Shown here piece by piece: positions 62,817 to 64,000 of a DNA stretch of 64,000 nt. The stretch is from an uncultured bacterium (GTDB taxonomy: Bacteria; Acidobacteriota; HRBIN11; JAKEFK01). Positions within the stretch are counted from its first letter, which is position 1, and the number at the start of each line of letters is the position of its first letter. The translations under genes were made by a program, and so were the position numbers. Where the stretch lies: the NCBI GenBank assembly GCA_963777505.1, contig CAVZQN010000004.1, positions 896,001 through 960,000 on the forward strand, read 5' to 3'. The notes below the pieces were generated by a model. It did not search any database and was not told the origin of the DNA. It worked only from the letters and a program-made list of their open reading frames with translations.

Positions 62817-64000
62817 ATGAATCTTCATGTTTGTATTCTTGCTGCAGGTCAGAGCAAAAGAATGCAGTCAAAATTATCGAAGGTGCTGCATCCTTTATGT
62901 GGAAGACCGGTTCTTTTACATGTACTCAAGGCTGTTGAAGCGCTATCACCTTCAAGTGTCTCAGTTGTGCTGGGACATCAGCGTGATGAAATTCTGGAAA
63001 CACTTGGATCGAAACAGATTGATGTTGTCATTCAGCATGAGCAAAAAGGAACGGCACATGCTCTTCATGAATATTTGAATCAAAAGCCCGACATTACAGG
63101 TACACTTCTCGTTTTGAATGGTGATACGCCTCTTGTTACAACGGATCTTTTGCGCCATCTGGTTCAAGCGGCGCACGATCAGAATGCTTCTCTTGCATTT
63201 TTTACCGCTGAACTTCACGATCCTACTGGTTATGGAAGAGTTTTCAGAAAAGGAAACGCGGTTGAAAGAATCGTTGAAGATGCTGATGCAACCCCGGAAC
63301 AAAGAAAAATCCGGGAGATTAATGCAGGCATTTATTTGTTTAATATTGATTTACTGAGAGATTGGATCCCCCGAGTACAACCTTCCAATAAACAAAGAGA
63401 ATTGTATTTGACTGATGTGGTATCGCTTGCATTGGAAGACAAAAAGAATGTGATCGCAGTGCGAGGAAAGTCTGAGGAATTGATTGGAATCAATACTCGT
63501 GCTGAACTTGCACAAGCGGCCCGGGAAATGCGCCGGCGAATTAATCGTGAATGGATGTTAAAGGGCATTACGATGATTGATCCCGAGACAACTTACATCG
63601 ATGCCGATGTGCGTCTGGCTGCAGATACTGTGTTGTATCCAAATGTTTATTTGGAAGGGGAATGTATGATCGGTGGAAGTGTAACGATTTATCCGAATTG
63701 CAGAATTACAAATAGTTGGATAAACGTTGGATGCGTGATTTACGAAAATACTTCAATCGATTCATCGCATCTTGAAACTGGTGTGAAAATCGGACCTTTC
63801 GCACGCGTTCGACCGGATACTGTTCTTGGAGCCAACGTACGGATTGGAAATTTTGTGGAATTGAAAAAGACCTCCGTAGGCGATGGGACGAAAGCGAATC
63901 ACCTTTCTTACCTGGGTGATGCAGAGATCGGAAAGAATGTAAATATTGGCGCGGGTACGATCACATGTAATTATGACGGTGAAAAAAAGTATAAGACCAT
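62817..64000 (+). CDS. glmU: Bifunctional UDP-GlcNAc pyrophosphorylase / glucosamine-1-P acetyltransferase (3'-partial; missing from the ORF track)
   Basis: My translation from ATG 62817: MNLHVCILAAGQSKRMQS..KVLH, QKGTAHA, LNGDTPL, GYGR, EINAGIY, YLTD, IGPFA, GNFVELK, HLSYLGDA, GAGTITCNYDG. Confidence 0.95.
   Translation, partial: MNLHVCILAAGQSKRMQSKLSKVLHPLCGRPVLLHVLKAVEALSPSSVSVVLGHQRDEILETLGSKQIDVVIQHEQKGTAHALHEYLNQKPDITGTLLVLNGDTPLVTTDLLRHLVQAAHDQNASLAFFTAELHDPTGYGRVFRKGNAVERIVEDADATPEQRKIREINAGIYLFNIDLLRDWIPRVQPSNKQRELYLTDVVSLALEDKKNVIAVRGKSEELIGINTRAELAQAAREMRRRINREWMLKGITMIDPETTYIDADVRLAADTVLYPNVYLEGECMIGGSVTIYPNCRITNSWINVGCVIYENTSIDSSHLETGVKIGPFARVRPDTVLGANVRIGNFVELKKTSVGDGTKANHLSYLGDAEIGKNVNIGAGTITCNYDGEKKYKT

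Overview
Bacterial chromosomal window of moderate GC. Gene style (AroD-AroE fusion, Oar-like TonB receptor, Thr-type sulfatase-TPR) suggests an uncultured Acidobacteriota-like organism, which is inference only. Most of it is housekeeping: ispG, degP, gpmA, eno, lon, pilD, tag, ggt, ftsEX, gatB, folK, pyrK-pyrD-pyrF, two prenyl synthases, yajQ, mtgA, aroDE and glmU (runs off the end). Accessory content includes an Xre-RES toxin-antitoxin pair and a large GGDEF-STAND ATPase-TPR protein coupled to a Thr-nucleophile sulfatase-like TPR protein. There is also a probable beta-1,2-glucan utilization locus (truncated LacI, TonB receptor, GH144, F5/8 six-hairpin glycosidase, GH3). A REP-associated tyrosine transposase (RAYT) is flanked by inverted tandem REP arrays whose copies are scattered across the window. 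Intergenic spaces carry about six distinct small palindromic or repeat families, including a twice-occurring ~170-bp nested palindrome with G-quadruplex-type arms, plus two candidate structured RNAs. Four genes are each broken by a single extra base, most simply explained by sequencing or assembly error. No rRNA, tRNA or CRISPR array was recognised.
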